A stretch of 58,173 nt of DNA from positions 1-58,173 of IMG/VR virus record IMGVR_UViG_3300025141_000105. One strand, given 5' to 3'. The stretch comes from a virus (lineage: Duplodnaviria > Caudoviricetes). Of this stretch, positions 1 to 8,019 are shown piece by piece. Below the pieces are notes generated by a model. That model worked only from the letters and a program-made list of their open reading frames with translations, ran no database searches and was not told the origin of the DNA. Each line of letters begins with the position of its first letter. The first letter of the stretch is position 1. A program made the position numbers and the translations under genes.

Positions 1-129
1 GGAATATGGGATCTAATAGCTGAAAAAGAATTAGAACAAATGGAAGTTTCTAACGATCAATGGGAAATAAGTGAAATACACCAAACGAGAACAGGGGCTC
101 TTTCCCCTGATGCAGGGCCACGAAATTAA
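1..129 (+). CDS. Partial hypothetical protein (5' truncated by window)
   Basis: Frame 1 is open from base 1 (GIWDLIAEKELEQMEV...GPRN) to TAA at 127-129; next gene starts at 136. Confidence 0.6.
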   Translation, partial: GIWDLIAEKELEQMEVSNDQWEISEIHQTRTGALSPDAGPRN

Positions 130-135
130 TTAATT

Positions 136-360
136 ATGAGTGAATTAGGAAAAAACCTTTCAAATCTTATCAGAGATGAACTTGCTGAAAGTCAAGTAAA
201 TAAAGAAAATCAATCAGCTGAGTACCGAATAGGTAAAATGGAGGCTTATATGAAAATATTATCAGTAATAACTGAAGATATTAAAAATAATGTAAAACCT
301 GAAAATACTATAGAACTAGATGAACAGCTAGAAAAAATTAATTCAATATTTAAAAAATAA
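136..360 (+). CDS. Hypothetical protein
   Basis: 74-aa ORF tightly packed in the + strand operon. Confidence 0.7.
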   Translation: MSELGKNLSNLIRDELAESQVNKENQSAEYRIGKMEAYMKILSVITEDIKNNVKPENTIELDEQLEKINSIFKK

Positions 361-363
361 AAA

Positions 364-882
364 ATGGGACAATATTATAAACCAATATCAATAGACAAAA
401 TGACTTTTCTATATTCACACGACTATGGGAATGGATTGAAACTTATGGAGCATAGCTACATAGGAAATAATTTAGTAAACACAGTAGAATCTTTACTTGC
501 ACCTAACGGTGAATGGTACAAAAATCATCTTGTATGGGCAGGAGATTATGCTGATGAAGAAAGTGATGGTACAGACAATCTGTATACACAAGTTGGTGAT
601 GATTCAATAGAGCCAAAAGATATGGAAAGAGTAGAAAGCGGTAGATATATAGTAAATCATACTAAAAAAGAATTTGTAGACAAGAATATAGTCCCTAAAG
701 ATGGGGAAGGATGGAAAATTCATCCACTACCATTATTAACTTGTGAAGGAAATGGCAGAGGAGGTGGAGATTATCGCAGAGACAATTCTCATATAGGAGA
801 TTGGGCAAGAGATCAAATCTCAATAGAAAAGGAAAAGCCTGAAGATTTTGAAGAAATTATTCCTCACTTTATAATAGATTAA
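364..882 (+). CDS. Conserved phage hypothetical protein (MGQYY...GLKLMEHS family)
   Basis: N-terminal MGQYY, KLMEH and HPLPLLT..GNGRGGGDY motifs recalled from a widespread uncharacterised family. Confidence 0.7.
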   Translation: MGQYYKPISIDKMTFLYSHDYGNGLKLMEHSYIGNNLVNTVESLLAPNGEWYKNHLVWAGDYADEESDGTDNLYTQVGDDSIEPKDMERVESGRYIVNHTKKEFVDKNIVPKDGEGWKIHPLPLLTCEGNGRGGGDYRRDNSHIGDWARDQISIEKEKPEDFEEIIPHFIID

Positions 883-884
883 AT

Positions 885-1742
885 ATGAAAACAACAGAAC
901 AAATTTTAGAACAAAATGGACTTAACTGGAATGTAGTTAAAGAGCCATTAATGTATGCAGGTGAATGTACGCCTGAAGCTAATAATGGATTGCACCATAC
1001 TCCATTTTACGGTATAGTTAGAGAGGATACAGGTGAAGTATTTACCACAGTATCAGAAGGTTACGAGCCTACACAAAATCATACAATCATAGAAACTATG
1101 CAAGAAATTGCAGGTGAGAATAATTTAGAGATTGTAAAGGCTATACCATTAAATGGTGGTAGAAAAGTTGTAATTCAAATGAAGCACGAGTCTAATAGAA
1201 TTACAATAGGTGATGAACAAACAGAACAATATGTATATGCAATTAACGGACATGATGGAAGTTCATCATTAAAGTTTGGCTTTATGAATAAAGTTATATT
1301 CTGTCAAAATCAATTTGCATGGTTATCAGGTAATGCATTTTCTGGATATAGACATACAAAATCTATACAAGAAAAGGTAGAACAATTACCTAAAATAATT
1401 AACTTTACAGATCAATATGATAAAGTTTCTGATTTACAAATGTTTAGCAATGAATCTGCTACATCATCTTTAATAAATGATTTAGTAGATTATCTAGCTA
1501 ATACAGATAAACTACCAATATCTACTAGAAGAGCAAATATGGTGCGTGATCTTAATGCGTGTATATATATAGAAACTAATAGAATATCTCACACTAAATG
1601 GGGTGTATTTAATGGTGTAACTAAGTATACTACACATGAAAAGTCATCTCCTAATAGAGATTATGGACAGCAAGAATCTATATTAATAGGATCTTGTAGT
1701 AAGATGAACGAAAAGGCTTTTAACTTTTTAAAAGCATACTAA
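885..1742 (+). CDS. DUF932/DUF945-family protein
   Basis: GLNWNV.KEPL, VSEGYEPTQN, NGHDGSSSL, FCQNQ, RHTKS and T.WGVFNGVT.YTTH motifs. Confidence 0.8.
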   Translation: MKTTEQILEQNGLNWNVVKEPLMYAGECTPEANNGLHHTPFYGIVREDTGEVFTTVSEGYEPTQNHTIIETMQEIAGENNLEIVKAIPLNGGRKVVIQMKHESNRITIGDEQTEQYVYAINGHDGSSSLKFGFMNKVIFCQNQFAWLSGNAFSGYRHTKSIQEKVEQLPKIINFTDQYDKVSDLQMFSNESATSSLINDLVDYLANTDKLPISTRRANMVRDLNACIYIETNRISHTKWGVFNGVTKYTTHEKSSPNRDYGQQESILIGSCSKMNEKAFNFLKAY

Positions 1743-1750
1743 CAGAAACG

Positions 1751-1772
1751 AGGGGGCTAATGCCCCCTTTTT
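1751..1772 (+). terminator. Rho-independent terminator-like hairpin
   Basis: AGGGGGC-TAAT-GCCCCCT followed by a T run, just after the DUF932 stop. Confidence 0.7.
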
Positions 1773-1801
1773 CTACTTATTAATAAATAAAAAATAATAA
1801 T

Positions 1802-2065
1802 ATGAAAGAATATAAAATTGATGGCAAGTCAGTAGAACAATATTGGACAGACAAAATTGCTAAACATCTAGTCGGTAGAAAAATAACAAAAGTAGAATAC
1901 ATTCCTACAGAAGAAATGGAAGAGAATATGTGGTATAAAAGGCCAATAGCTATTCGTTTAGATAATGGACATTGGATAGTTCCAATGATGGATGATGAAG
2001 GAAATGATGGTGGAGCTATGTCTACTACATTTAAAGATTTATCAACAATACCAGTAATATCATGA
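1802..2065 (+). CDS. Conserved phage hypothetical protein (DDEGNDGG motif)
   Basis: 87-aa ORF with A-rich leader; L.GRKI.KVEY and P.MDDEGNDGGA. Confidence 0.7.
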   Translation: MKEYKIDGKSVEQYWTDKIAKHLVGRKITKVEYIPTEEMEENMWYKRPIAIRLDNGHWIVPMMDDEGNDGGAMSTTFKDLSTIPVIS

Positions 2066-2283
2066 AAACTAAAGTATTAGTTTATAAAACAATTCAGACA
2101 ATAGAAGAAGAGTTATATTACAAAGTATCTGAAAAAACTTATAACAAATTAAAAAATGCTAAAACAGATGAAGAAAAATGGAAAATTTGGACTGAATTTG
2201 ATATTTGGGATAGCGAAATTGTTGGAGAGCATACTGAAAATTGGACTGAAGAAAAAGTGGATTATGGAACACATCACAAATAA
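2062..2283 (+). CDS. Hypothetical protein
   Basis: ATGA overlap with the upstream stop. Confidence 0.65.
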   Translation: MKTKVLVYKTIQTIEEELYYKVSEKTYNKLKNAKTDEEKWKIWTEFDIWDSEIVGEHTENWTEEKVDYGTHHK

Positions 2284-2295
2284 AAAATTAAATTT

Positions 2296-2502
2296 ATGAA
2301 TAAAGAACAAATAAATAAAGAATTTTTTGAAGATCTATATGAAATTCAAAAGAATCAAATTAACACTAGTACTATAGACGATGCTAGAAAAGTTATTTTA
2401 AAGCTCATACTTTATATGGATACATCTGGTAAAGGTATGAATCTAGATAAAGATGAAGCTATCTTAGAGGCTCTTAAATGGCTTAAAAACCATAGATCAT
2501 GA
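2296..2502 (+). CDS. Hypothetical protein
   Basis: 68-aa ORF in operon; ATGA overlap with the next gene. Confidence 0.65.
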   Translation: MNKEQINKEFFEDLYEIQKNQINTSTIDDARKVILKLILYMDTSGKGMNLDKDEAILEALKWLKNHRS

Positions 2503-2750
2503 GTGAAGTAAGTACTTGCTGCGGATGCAGCTATGAAGACAGCACTATAGCAGATTGTTGTAGTGTTGAAATGATACAAAACAGTGATATATGTCCTGCT
2601 TGTAAAGAACATACAGAAGCTACAGGCTATATATGTAATGAATGTGGAAATTGGTTTGAACATACAGAAGATAAAAGAGATCATGATGCTAGAATGGAAG
2701 AAAATTATTATGAAGAAAAAGCAGACGCTAGACGAAAATATAGAGAATAA
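2499..2750 (+). CDS. Cys-rich putative zinc-binding protein
   Basis: STCCGC, DCCS, CPACKEH and CNECG motifs. Confidence 0.65.
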   Translation: MSEVSTCCGCSYEDSTIADCCSVEMIQNSDICPACKEHTEATGYICNECGNWFEHTEDKRDHDARMEENYYEEKADARRKYRE

Positions 2751-2753
2751 TTT

Positions 2754-2761
2754 TATATTTG
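2754..2761 (+). promoter_or_regulatory. Bacteroidota-type -7 promoter element (TATATTTG) upstream of dnaB
   Basis: Matches the TAnnTTTG consensus in an intergenic gap. Confidence 0.6.
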
Positions 2762-2780
2762 TTAGCTAAAATAAAAAATT

Positions 2781-4070
2781 ATGGATAATCATGAAATAGA
2801 ACAAACATTACTGGGTAAACTTATTGTTAAGCCAGAATTAATAGATAAATATAGTATATTATTACATGAAGATTTGTTTGAATATGATTTCAATAAATCT
2901 ACATATCATGCTATTATAAACTTACATAGTAAAAATAAAACTATAGACATACTAACAGTATCTAAACTAATCAAAGGAGAAAATGTTGTATTAGGTTTAT
3001 CGCATATGACAGATAAAGCTTTTGATTTTATGGAAATAATGACATGTATAGGAGTGCTTACAGAAGAATTTCAGAAACGCACACTTACTGGTATAGTCCA
3101 TGATGTTCACAATCAATTAAGCAACAGAGATGAATTAGAGCTTATAGTTGGTAATTTAACTACAGAAATGTCAAAGCTACAAATAGGTAATCCTGAAGTC
3201 TTGGGAGATATATCATCTCAAATCAAAGATTTTCTAGACGATATAGAAGTAAGAATGAATAGTGATGGTTTATTAGGAATTGCCTCTGGATTTCAAGCTA
3301 TAGATAGGTTTACTGGTGGTTGGCAAGAAACAGATTTAATTATTGTAGGTGGAGCATCGTCAATGGGTAAGACTAGTTTTGCGCTTGCCTTAGCTTATAA
3401 CGCTGCTCTGTACACTAACACTCCTACTGTTGTGTTTTCTTACGAAATGAGTGCATTACAATTACTTAGAAGGCTTGCGTCTATGGATTCAGGTATTAGT
3501 AATAGATATATTACCAATGGAACGCTAAATAATGATGAGCTTAAGAAAATACATAAATCAATTTATGCTATACAAGAAACTCCATTACATATTGACGAAG
3601 GTAATATAACATCATTAAATTATTTGGTACATAGAATTAAAGAATATGTAAAAAATAAAGATGTTAAACTTGTCATGATAGATTACTTGCAATTAGTTAG
3701 CTATAAAAGTAAATCTGGAACTAGAGAACAAGAAGTAAGTCAAGTTGCTAGAACTCTTAAGAATCTAGCTAAAGAGTTAAATATCACCGTAATAGCGTTA
3801 AGTCAATTAAATAGAGGTGTTGGTATGAGAAACAACAGCAAACCAACATTATCTGATCTTAGAGAATCAGGTGAGATAGAGCAAGCTGCTGATGTAGTAA
3901 TGCTTATATATCGTCCTGAGTATTATGGTATAGAATTTAACGATAATGGAGAGAAGAGTCAAGGAACCGCTAATATTATATTTGCTAAAGGTAGAAATAT
4001 AGGTGTCGGAGAGGTGACTCTAACTTTTAAAAGTGAAATAACTAAATTTACAGATTATGAAAAAATATAA
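2781..4070 (+). CDS. dnaB: Replicative DNA helicase DnaB
   Basis: Walker A GGASSMGKTS, FSYEMS, Walker B MIDYLQL, LSQLNR, LSDLRESGEIEQAAD; N-terminal DnaB domain. Confidence 0.95.
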   Translation: MDNHEIEQTLLGKLIVKPELIDKYSILLHEDLFEYDFNKSTYHAIINLHSKNKTIDILTVSKLIKGENVVLGLSHMTDKAFDFMEIMTCIGVLTEEFQKRTLTGIVHDVHNQLSNRDELELIVGNLTTEMSKLQIGNPEVLGDISSQIKDFLDDIEVRMNSDGLLGIASGFQAIDRFTGGWQETDLIIVGGASSMGKTSFALALAYNAALYTNTPTVVFSYEMSALQLLRRLASMDSGISNRYITNGTLNNDELKKIHKSIYAIQETPLHIDEGNITSLNYLVHRIKEYVKNKDVKLVMIDYLQLVSYKSKSGTREQEVSQVARTLKNLAKELNITVIALSQLNRGVGMRNNSKPTLSDLRESGEIEQAADVVMLIYRPEYYGIEFNDNGEKSQGTANIIFAKGRNIGVGEVTLTFKSEITKFTDYEKI

Positions 4071-4218
4071 CTTTATAGGTAAATACCCAATGATAGCTGT
4101 AACAATAATTGCGGCAGTATTATTTATTATTGGTCCTATGTTATTTTCATTAATTGTAGCAGGTATTATTGTACTTCCAATGTATTTAGCTGTTCAATTG
4201 TTTGGAGATAAAGATTAA
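4057..4218 (+). CDS. Small two-TM membrane protein (not in ORF track)
   Basis: Hand translation MKKYNFIGKYPMIAVTIIAAVLFIIGPMLFSLIVAGIIVLPMYLAVQLFGDKD*, 53 aa; fills the gap after dnaB. Confidence 0.7.
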   Translation: MKKYNFIGKYPMIAVTIIAAVLFIIGPMLFSLIVAGIIVLPMYLAVQLFGDKD

Positions 4219-4223
4219 ATACT

Positions 4224-4231
4224 TATATTTG
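4224..4231 (+). promoter_or_regulatory. Bacteroidota-type -7 promoter element (TATATTTG)
   Basis: TAnnTTTG located 7 nt before ATG 4239. Confidence 0.6.
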
Positions 4232-4238
4232 CCAACAC

Positions 4239-4478
4239 ATGATTGGTAAAAATAAAGATAAAACTACAATACGAGCAATAGTGTCAGAGATAGCCCACGA
4301 CCTAGGTATTGATAAAAAACTTGTCAGACAGGTCTTACTATTAACATTTAAAGAAATAGCAGTAACTTTAATATTAAGAGGTAAGCCTGTGATGATAAGA
4401 AGATTTGTAAAATTTGTAGTAGCTGCATCTGCAGCAAACAAAATAAGAAAAGATAAATTAGAAAAAGAAAGAAAATGA
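4239..4478 (+). CDS. HU/IHF-like DNA-binding protein
   Basis: IVSEIAHDLGIDKKLVRQVL...L..GKPVMIRRFVKF resembles the HU helix-helix-strand fold; basic. Confidence 0.65.
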   Translation: MIGKNKDKTTIRAIVSEIAHDLGIDKKLVRQVLLLTFKEIAVTLILRGKPVMIRRFVKFVVAASAANKIRKDKLEKERK

Positions 4479-4969
4479 ATTTAAAAGATTTAAGTAAAGA
4501 ACTACCATATAAGTGGCGTGTACAGTCCACTAAGTTTGGAAAAACAACCTGTGTAGCATATATAGACGCTAGAGACTGTCAGGACTTATTAGATGAAGTA
4601 TGTGGCCCAGAAAACTGGCAAAGTATATTTTACGAAGAGAATGGATTATTGTTCTGTAAAGTAGGCATTTGCTGTAATGGAGTAAAAGCTGGTAAAGGTG
4701 GAGATTCATACTATCAATGGGTATGGAAATCAGACACAGGATCAGAGTCTAAAGTAGAGAAAGATAAAGGCCATGTATCAGATGCATTTAAACGTGCATG
4801 TGTATCATGGGGTATAGGTAGATTCTTATATAGATTAAAGATACAAACCTTAACTACAAAACAATGGAAGGGTAAAGACTATCCATATGCCCCAGAGAAA
4901 GATAAGATTATCTTTGATGGAGATACATTAACTAAGTATATTAACTGGAAAATTAAAAACAATAAATAA
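4475..4969 (+). CDS. Rad52/22-family (Sak-like) single-strand annealing protein
   Basis: YIDARDCQDLLDEVCGPENWQ, WKSDTG, KG..SDAFKRACV.WGIGRFLY. Confidence 0.88.
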   Translation: MNLKDLSKELPYKWRVQSTKFGKTTCVAYIDARDCQDLLDEVCGPENWQSIFYEENGLLFCKVGICCNGVKAGKGGDSYYQWVWKSDTGSESKVEKDKGHVSDAFKRACVSWGIGRFLYRLKIQTLTTKQWKGKDYPYAPEKDKIIFDGDTLTKYINWKIKNNK

Positions 4970-4970
4970 T

Positions 4971-5033
4971 ATGGATGAATTATCAGCAAGATATTATAAG
5001 ATAATATTAAAATTAATCAAAAATAATAAATAA
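4971..5033 (+). CDS. Possible 20-aa micro-ORF
   Basis: MDELSARYYKIILKLIKNNK*; starts 2 nt after the upstream stop, and its TAA overlaps the next ATG (TAATG). Confidence 0.35.
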   Translation: MDELSARYYKIILKLIKNNK

Positions 5034-5239
5034 TGAAATTAACTTTAGAACTAGGAGATCAAATAGTTACCGTAGAAAATGACGGATTAACAACATATAA
5101 TTATTATGATATGTGTAGAACATTAGCACATGCATTTCAATGGCCAAAAGATTCTATAGAACAACTATTTCCTTGGGAATATGATCCGAAAGACAGAATA
5201 GAAAAACCAGTTAATAATTTAACAAACAATATTAATTAA
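5033..5239 (+). CDS. Hypothetical protein
   Basis: 68-aa ORF in operon. Confidence 0.65.
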   Translation: MKLTLELGDQIVTVENDGLTTYNYYDMCRTLAHAFQWPKDSIEQLFPWEYDPKDRIEKPVNNLTNNIN

Positions 5240-5250
5240 TAAATAAAACA

Positions 5251-5832
5251 ATGAGTGCATTACCGTTTAATTTAAACGCAACAACAACAAAAAGAGCTGT
5301 AGGTGAAAAAGTAGAATACATTACACCTGGAGCGCACGAATGTAAAATCACAGGATTAACTACATCGGAACAATTAGAAGACTACAAAGGGTCTCCATTT
5401 ATACAATATGCCGTAACAAGTAACGGTAAAGTTGGTAGATGTAGATTTTGGGTGGTAAAAGAAACTGATAAACAATCAACACAAGAATGGAAGACTAAGC
5501 AAATTAAAGATTTTCTTATTAATGCTGGTGTAAAAGATTTTAGTGATGACAGCAGGGCTATGAATGCTGCTATAGGTAATAGTTTAATGATTACATTTAT
5601 ATCAGAAGAATATATTGGTAAAAATAGAGACAATGAAGAGCCTGTTATAAGAACTGCTACTAAGTATAGATGGTCAGCTAAATCAGGAGGTAAATGTACA
5701 TATAACAATGACATGAACCAGACTCTAACTGATGAACAAATGTCTGAGTTTAGTATGAAGCATTCTGAATGGTCAAAAGCAAATAACTCTATGAGTGCTA
5801 GTGCAGCTGATGATGAAGATATGCCGTTCTAA
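5251..5832 (+). CDS. Putative single-stranded DNA-binding protein
   Basis: Acidic C-terminal tail DDEDMPF typical of SSBs; PG.HECKI start; located near Sak. Confidence 0.65.
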   Translation: MSALPFNLNATTTKRAVGEKVEYITPGAHECKITGLTTSEQLEDYKGSPFIQYAVTSNGKVGRCRFWVVKETDKQSTQEWKTKQIKDFLINAGVKDFSDDSRAMNAAIGNSLMITFISEEYIGKNRDNEEPVIRTATKYRWSAKSGGKCTYNNDMNQTLTDEQMSEFSMKHSEWSKANNSMSASAADDEDMPF

Positions 5833-5838
5833 AGATAT

Positions 5839-5980
5839 ATAAATGAGAGAGATAACAGATCCCTAGGATCAGGTAAGCGTTCCGAAACTCGGTAGTAGAC
5901 AAGATCTCAACCGAAAATCGGATGAAACTTTTAAGACTTAAATGCGCCAAATTCCAAAAAGGTGAAACTCTCAAATTTAT
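5839..5980 (+). ncRNA. Candidate structured ncRNA / ssDNA element
   Basis: Nested pairings: TGAGAG(5844-49)/CTCTCA(5968-73); GATCC-cta-GGATC; GGT-aa-GCGT/ATGC-GCC; CCGA-aac-TCGG; CCGA-aaa-TCGG. GC-rich relative to its flanks. Confidence 0.5.
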
Positions 5981-5983
5981 TAT

Positions 5984-5991
5984 TATCTTTG
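5984..5991 (+). promoter_or_regulatory. Bacteroidota-type -7 promoter element (TATCTTTG), near-leaderless
   Basis: TATCTTTG-CAAT-ATG(5996). Confidence 0.65.
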
Positions 5992-5995
5992 CAAT

Positions 5996-6361
5996 ATGGC
6001 AGAGATATTTATAGCAGGAAATGTCCCATCTAGTAAGAACGGAAAACGATGGACAGGAAAGTATTTAATCCACTCTAAAACAGTGATGAATTACATAAAA
6101 AACACAAAAGAGGATTGGGTTAATAATAAAAACAAATTTGAAGAACTAGTGAAAGGCAAGGAGATACCATACAAAATAGAATTTACATTTATAAGAAATA
6201 GTAGAAGAAAATTTGATTATATAAATCCTTGTCAAACAGTTCAAGATTTAATGGTAAAATATGATTATATTCAAGATGACAATTGTGATTGTATTATCCC
6301 TAGTTTTGGGGAGTACAAGTACGACAAAGAAAATTCAGGAGTAAAAATAAAAGTATTATGA
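5996..6361 (+). CDS. RusA-like Holliday junction resolvase
   Basis: GNVPSSKN start; RRKFDYIN..Q...DL......I.DDN acidic catalytic pattern. Confidence 0.75.
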   Translation: MAEIFIAGNVPSSKNGKRWTGKYLIHSKTVMNYIKNTKEDWVNNKNKFEELVKGKEIPYKIEFTFIRNSRRKFDYINPCQTVQDLMVKYDYIQDDNCDCIIPSFGEYKYDKENSGVKIKVL

Positions 6362-6801
6362 TAAACAACAAACCTTTAATAGATTTCTTTGAAGATTATT
6401 GTAAAAGAGTTGATATAACTAAAGAGCAATTATTTTCTAAATCTAGAAAAAGAGACTTAGTAGAAAAGAGAATGGTATTATCTTACACATTGAGAAAGTC
6501 ATTAGGAATGACTTATCAACAAATAGGAAAATCCTTAGATAAAAACCATGCCTCTATTATACACTCAATTAAAAACATAGAAAATTTTCTAGTGGTTTAT
6601 CCACATATTAGAGAACTATATAATATATCGGATGAAGTGTTGTTAGAACACAAAGAAAATTTAATAGAGTTTTATAACTCTCCTATTAAAACACAAATAG
6701 AAAGAGAAAAAAAATTAGTTGAAATATTATTAGATAACAATAGTATATTAAAATCAAAAATTAAACATTTAAAAAAAGAATTATATGGCAAAGAAAACTA
6801 A
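6358..6801 (+). CDS. DnaA C-terminal-like HTH DNA-binding protein
   Basis: SKSRKRDLVEKRM...GMTYQQIGKSLDKNHASIIHSI matches the DnaA domain IV pattern; coiled-coil tail. Confidence 0.8.
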   Translation: MINNKPLIDFFEDYCKRVDITKEQLFSKSRKRDLVEKRMVLSYTLRKSLGMTYQQIGKSLDKNHASIIHSIKNIENFLVVYPHIRELYNISDEVLLEHKENLIEFYNSPIKTQIEREKKLVEILLDNNSILKSKIKHLKKELYGKEN

Positions 6802-7120
6802 AAAAATAGAAATCAATATCATGGGATCAAAATACAAGGTAGATGAAGATGTAAATAAAACATTACAGGCCTTATCAGAAGCATTACATTCTCATGAAGT
6901 TGCATTATTAACCTGGACACATAAAGACTATAATGGAGCAGAGGTCAATGATTTAAATGGATTTAGAGATGCATTAAATGAGTATTGTTTGAACATACCA
7001 GAAGCTAAAAATATTTTGAAAAGAATGGTAGAGCTAGATGATCAAGCAAATAAAGATGTAGAAGAAAATAAAAAGGGTGAGAAGAAAAGCAAGTCTAAGG
7101 AAGAACAGGGAGCAAATTAG
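6785..7120 (+). CDS. Hypothetical protein
   Basis: 111-aa ORF overlapping the upstream stop. Confidence 0.7.
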   Translation: MAKKTKKIEINIMGSKYKVDEDVNKTLQALSEALHSHEVALLTWTHKDYNGAEVNDLNGFRDALNEYCLNIPEAKNILKRMVELDDQANKDVEENKKGEKKSKSKEEQGAN

Positions 7121-7167
7121 TAGTAACTACTTTGTAGAACTTTCTTAGTTTGTTTTTAATTACATAG

Positions 7168-7192
7168 AGGCCCTCTTTCGGGAGGGCTTTTA
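7168..7192 (+). terminator. Rho-independent terminator-like hairpin
   Basis: AGGCCCTCT-TTCG-GGAGGGCTT followed by TT. Confidence 0.7.
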
Positions 7193-7209
7193 TGTATTAT
7201 AACAAAAGA

Positions 7210-8019
7210 ATGAAATTAATAAAAGATCACAACTTAACACATCACAACTACTACCAGGATAATGAATATGTATCTAACAGTATGTTGAGCAACCTTACTG
7301 GTAAATCACCAGAATATTTTAGATTTGCGGTAGACAATCCACAACCATCTACACCAGCAATGAAATTTGGATCTGCATTACATATGAATGTATTGCAACC
7401 AGAAGAGTTTAATAAGCACTACGCTGTATCCCCTAAGTTTGACAAAAGAACTAAGCAAGGTAAAGCAGATTACGCAGAATTTGTTAAAAAGAATACATTT
7501 AAAACTGTAATATCAGAACAAGACTATCACTTGATAGAACAAATGACAGAAAAGTTAATGAGAGATGATGACGCTAAGCTTATGCTAACTAATGGTCTTA
7601 AAGAGCAAATTATAGTATGGGAAAATGAAGAGCATGATGTAAAATGTAGAGGTATGCTTGATGTTTACAATAAGGACGCTAATATTATAGTAGATCTTAA
7701 AACTACACAAGATAGCTCTTATTACGGCTTTGCAAGCTCTGTAAGGAAGTTTAAGTACTATAAGCAGGCTGCATTCTATATGGACGCTGTAAGGGCTCAC
7801 GAGTTCTATATTGTAGCTATAGAGAAGAGTCCTCCATTTAGTATAAATATTATACAGATAGGCGATGACCTTTTAGATAAGGGAAGAGAGCTATATAATA
7901 GAGATTTAGAAATCTATAAATATTGTATGGATAATGATTATTGGCCTGGCCAAGGATTTGATTATCTTGACAAGAAATCAGAAAGAAGTATACATATAAT
8001 GAATGAAAACATATTATAA
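7210..8019 (+). CDS. PD-(D/E)XK exonuclease, RecE/exonuclease VIII-like (DUF3799)
   Basis: SNSML, TPAMKFGSALH...L.PEEF, CRGMLD, IVDLKTT, Y..QAAFY. Start moved to the second Met because ATG 7192 abuts the terminator tail. Confidence 0.88.
   Translation: MKLIKDHNLTHHNYYQDNEYVSNSMLSNLTGKSPEYFRFAVDNPQPSTPAMKFGSALHMNVLQPEEFNKHYAVSPKFDKRTKQGKADYAEFVKKNTFKTVISEQDYHLIEQMTEKLMRDDDAKLMLTNGLKEQIIVWENEEHDVKCRGMLDVYNKDANIIVDLKTTQDSSYYGFASSVRKFKYYKQAAFYMDAVRAHEFYIVAIEKSPPFSINIIQIGDDLLDKGRELYNRDLEIYKYCMDNDYWPGQGFDYLDKKSERSIHIMNENIL

Noticed and set aside
5850-5970. True CRISPR array
   Set aside because: Only 6 nt recur, there are no full-length repeats and no cas genes in the window
5844-5973. Hammerhead ribozyme (CGGATGA...GAAAC core-like)
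   Set aside because: The core would need CUGANGA (here CGGAUGA) and a UH cleavage site after the stem III partner (here TGAGAG is followed by AG); not canonical
5844-5975. Glycine riboswitch (GAGAG...AAACTCTCA resemblance)
   Set aside because: Lacks the CCGAAG and CUCUCAGG core, and the downstream gene has its own near-leaderless promoter
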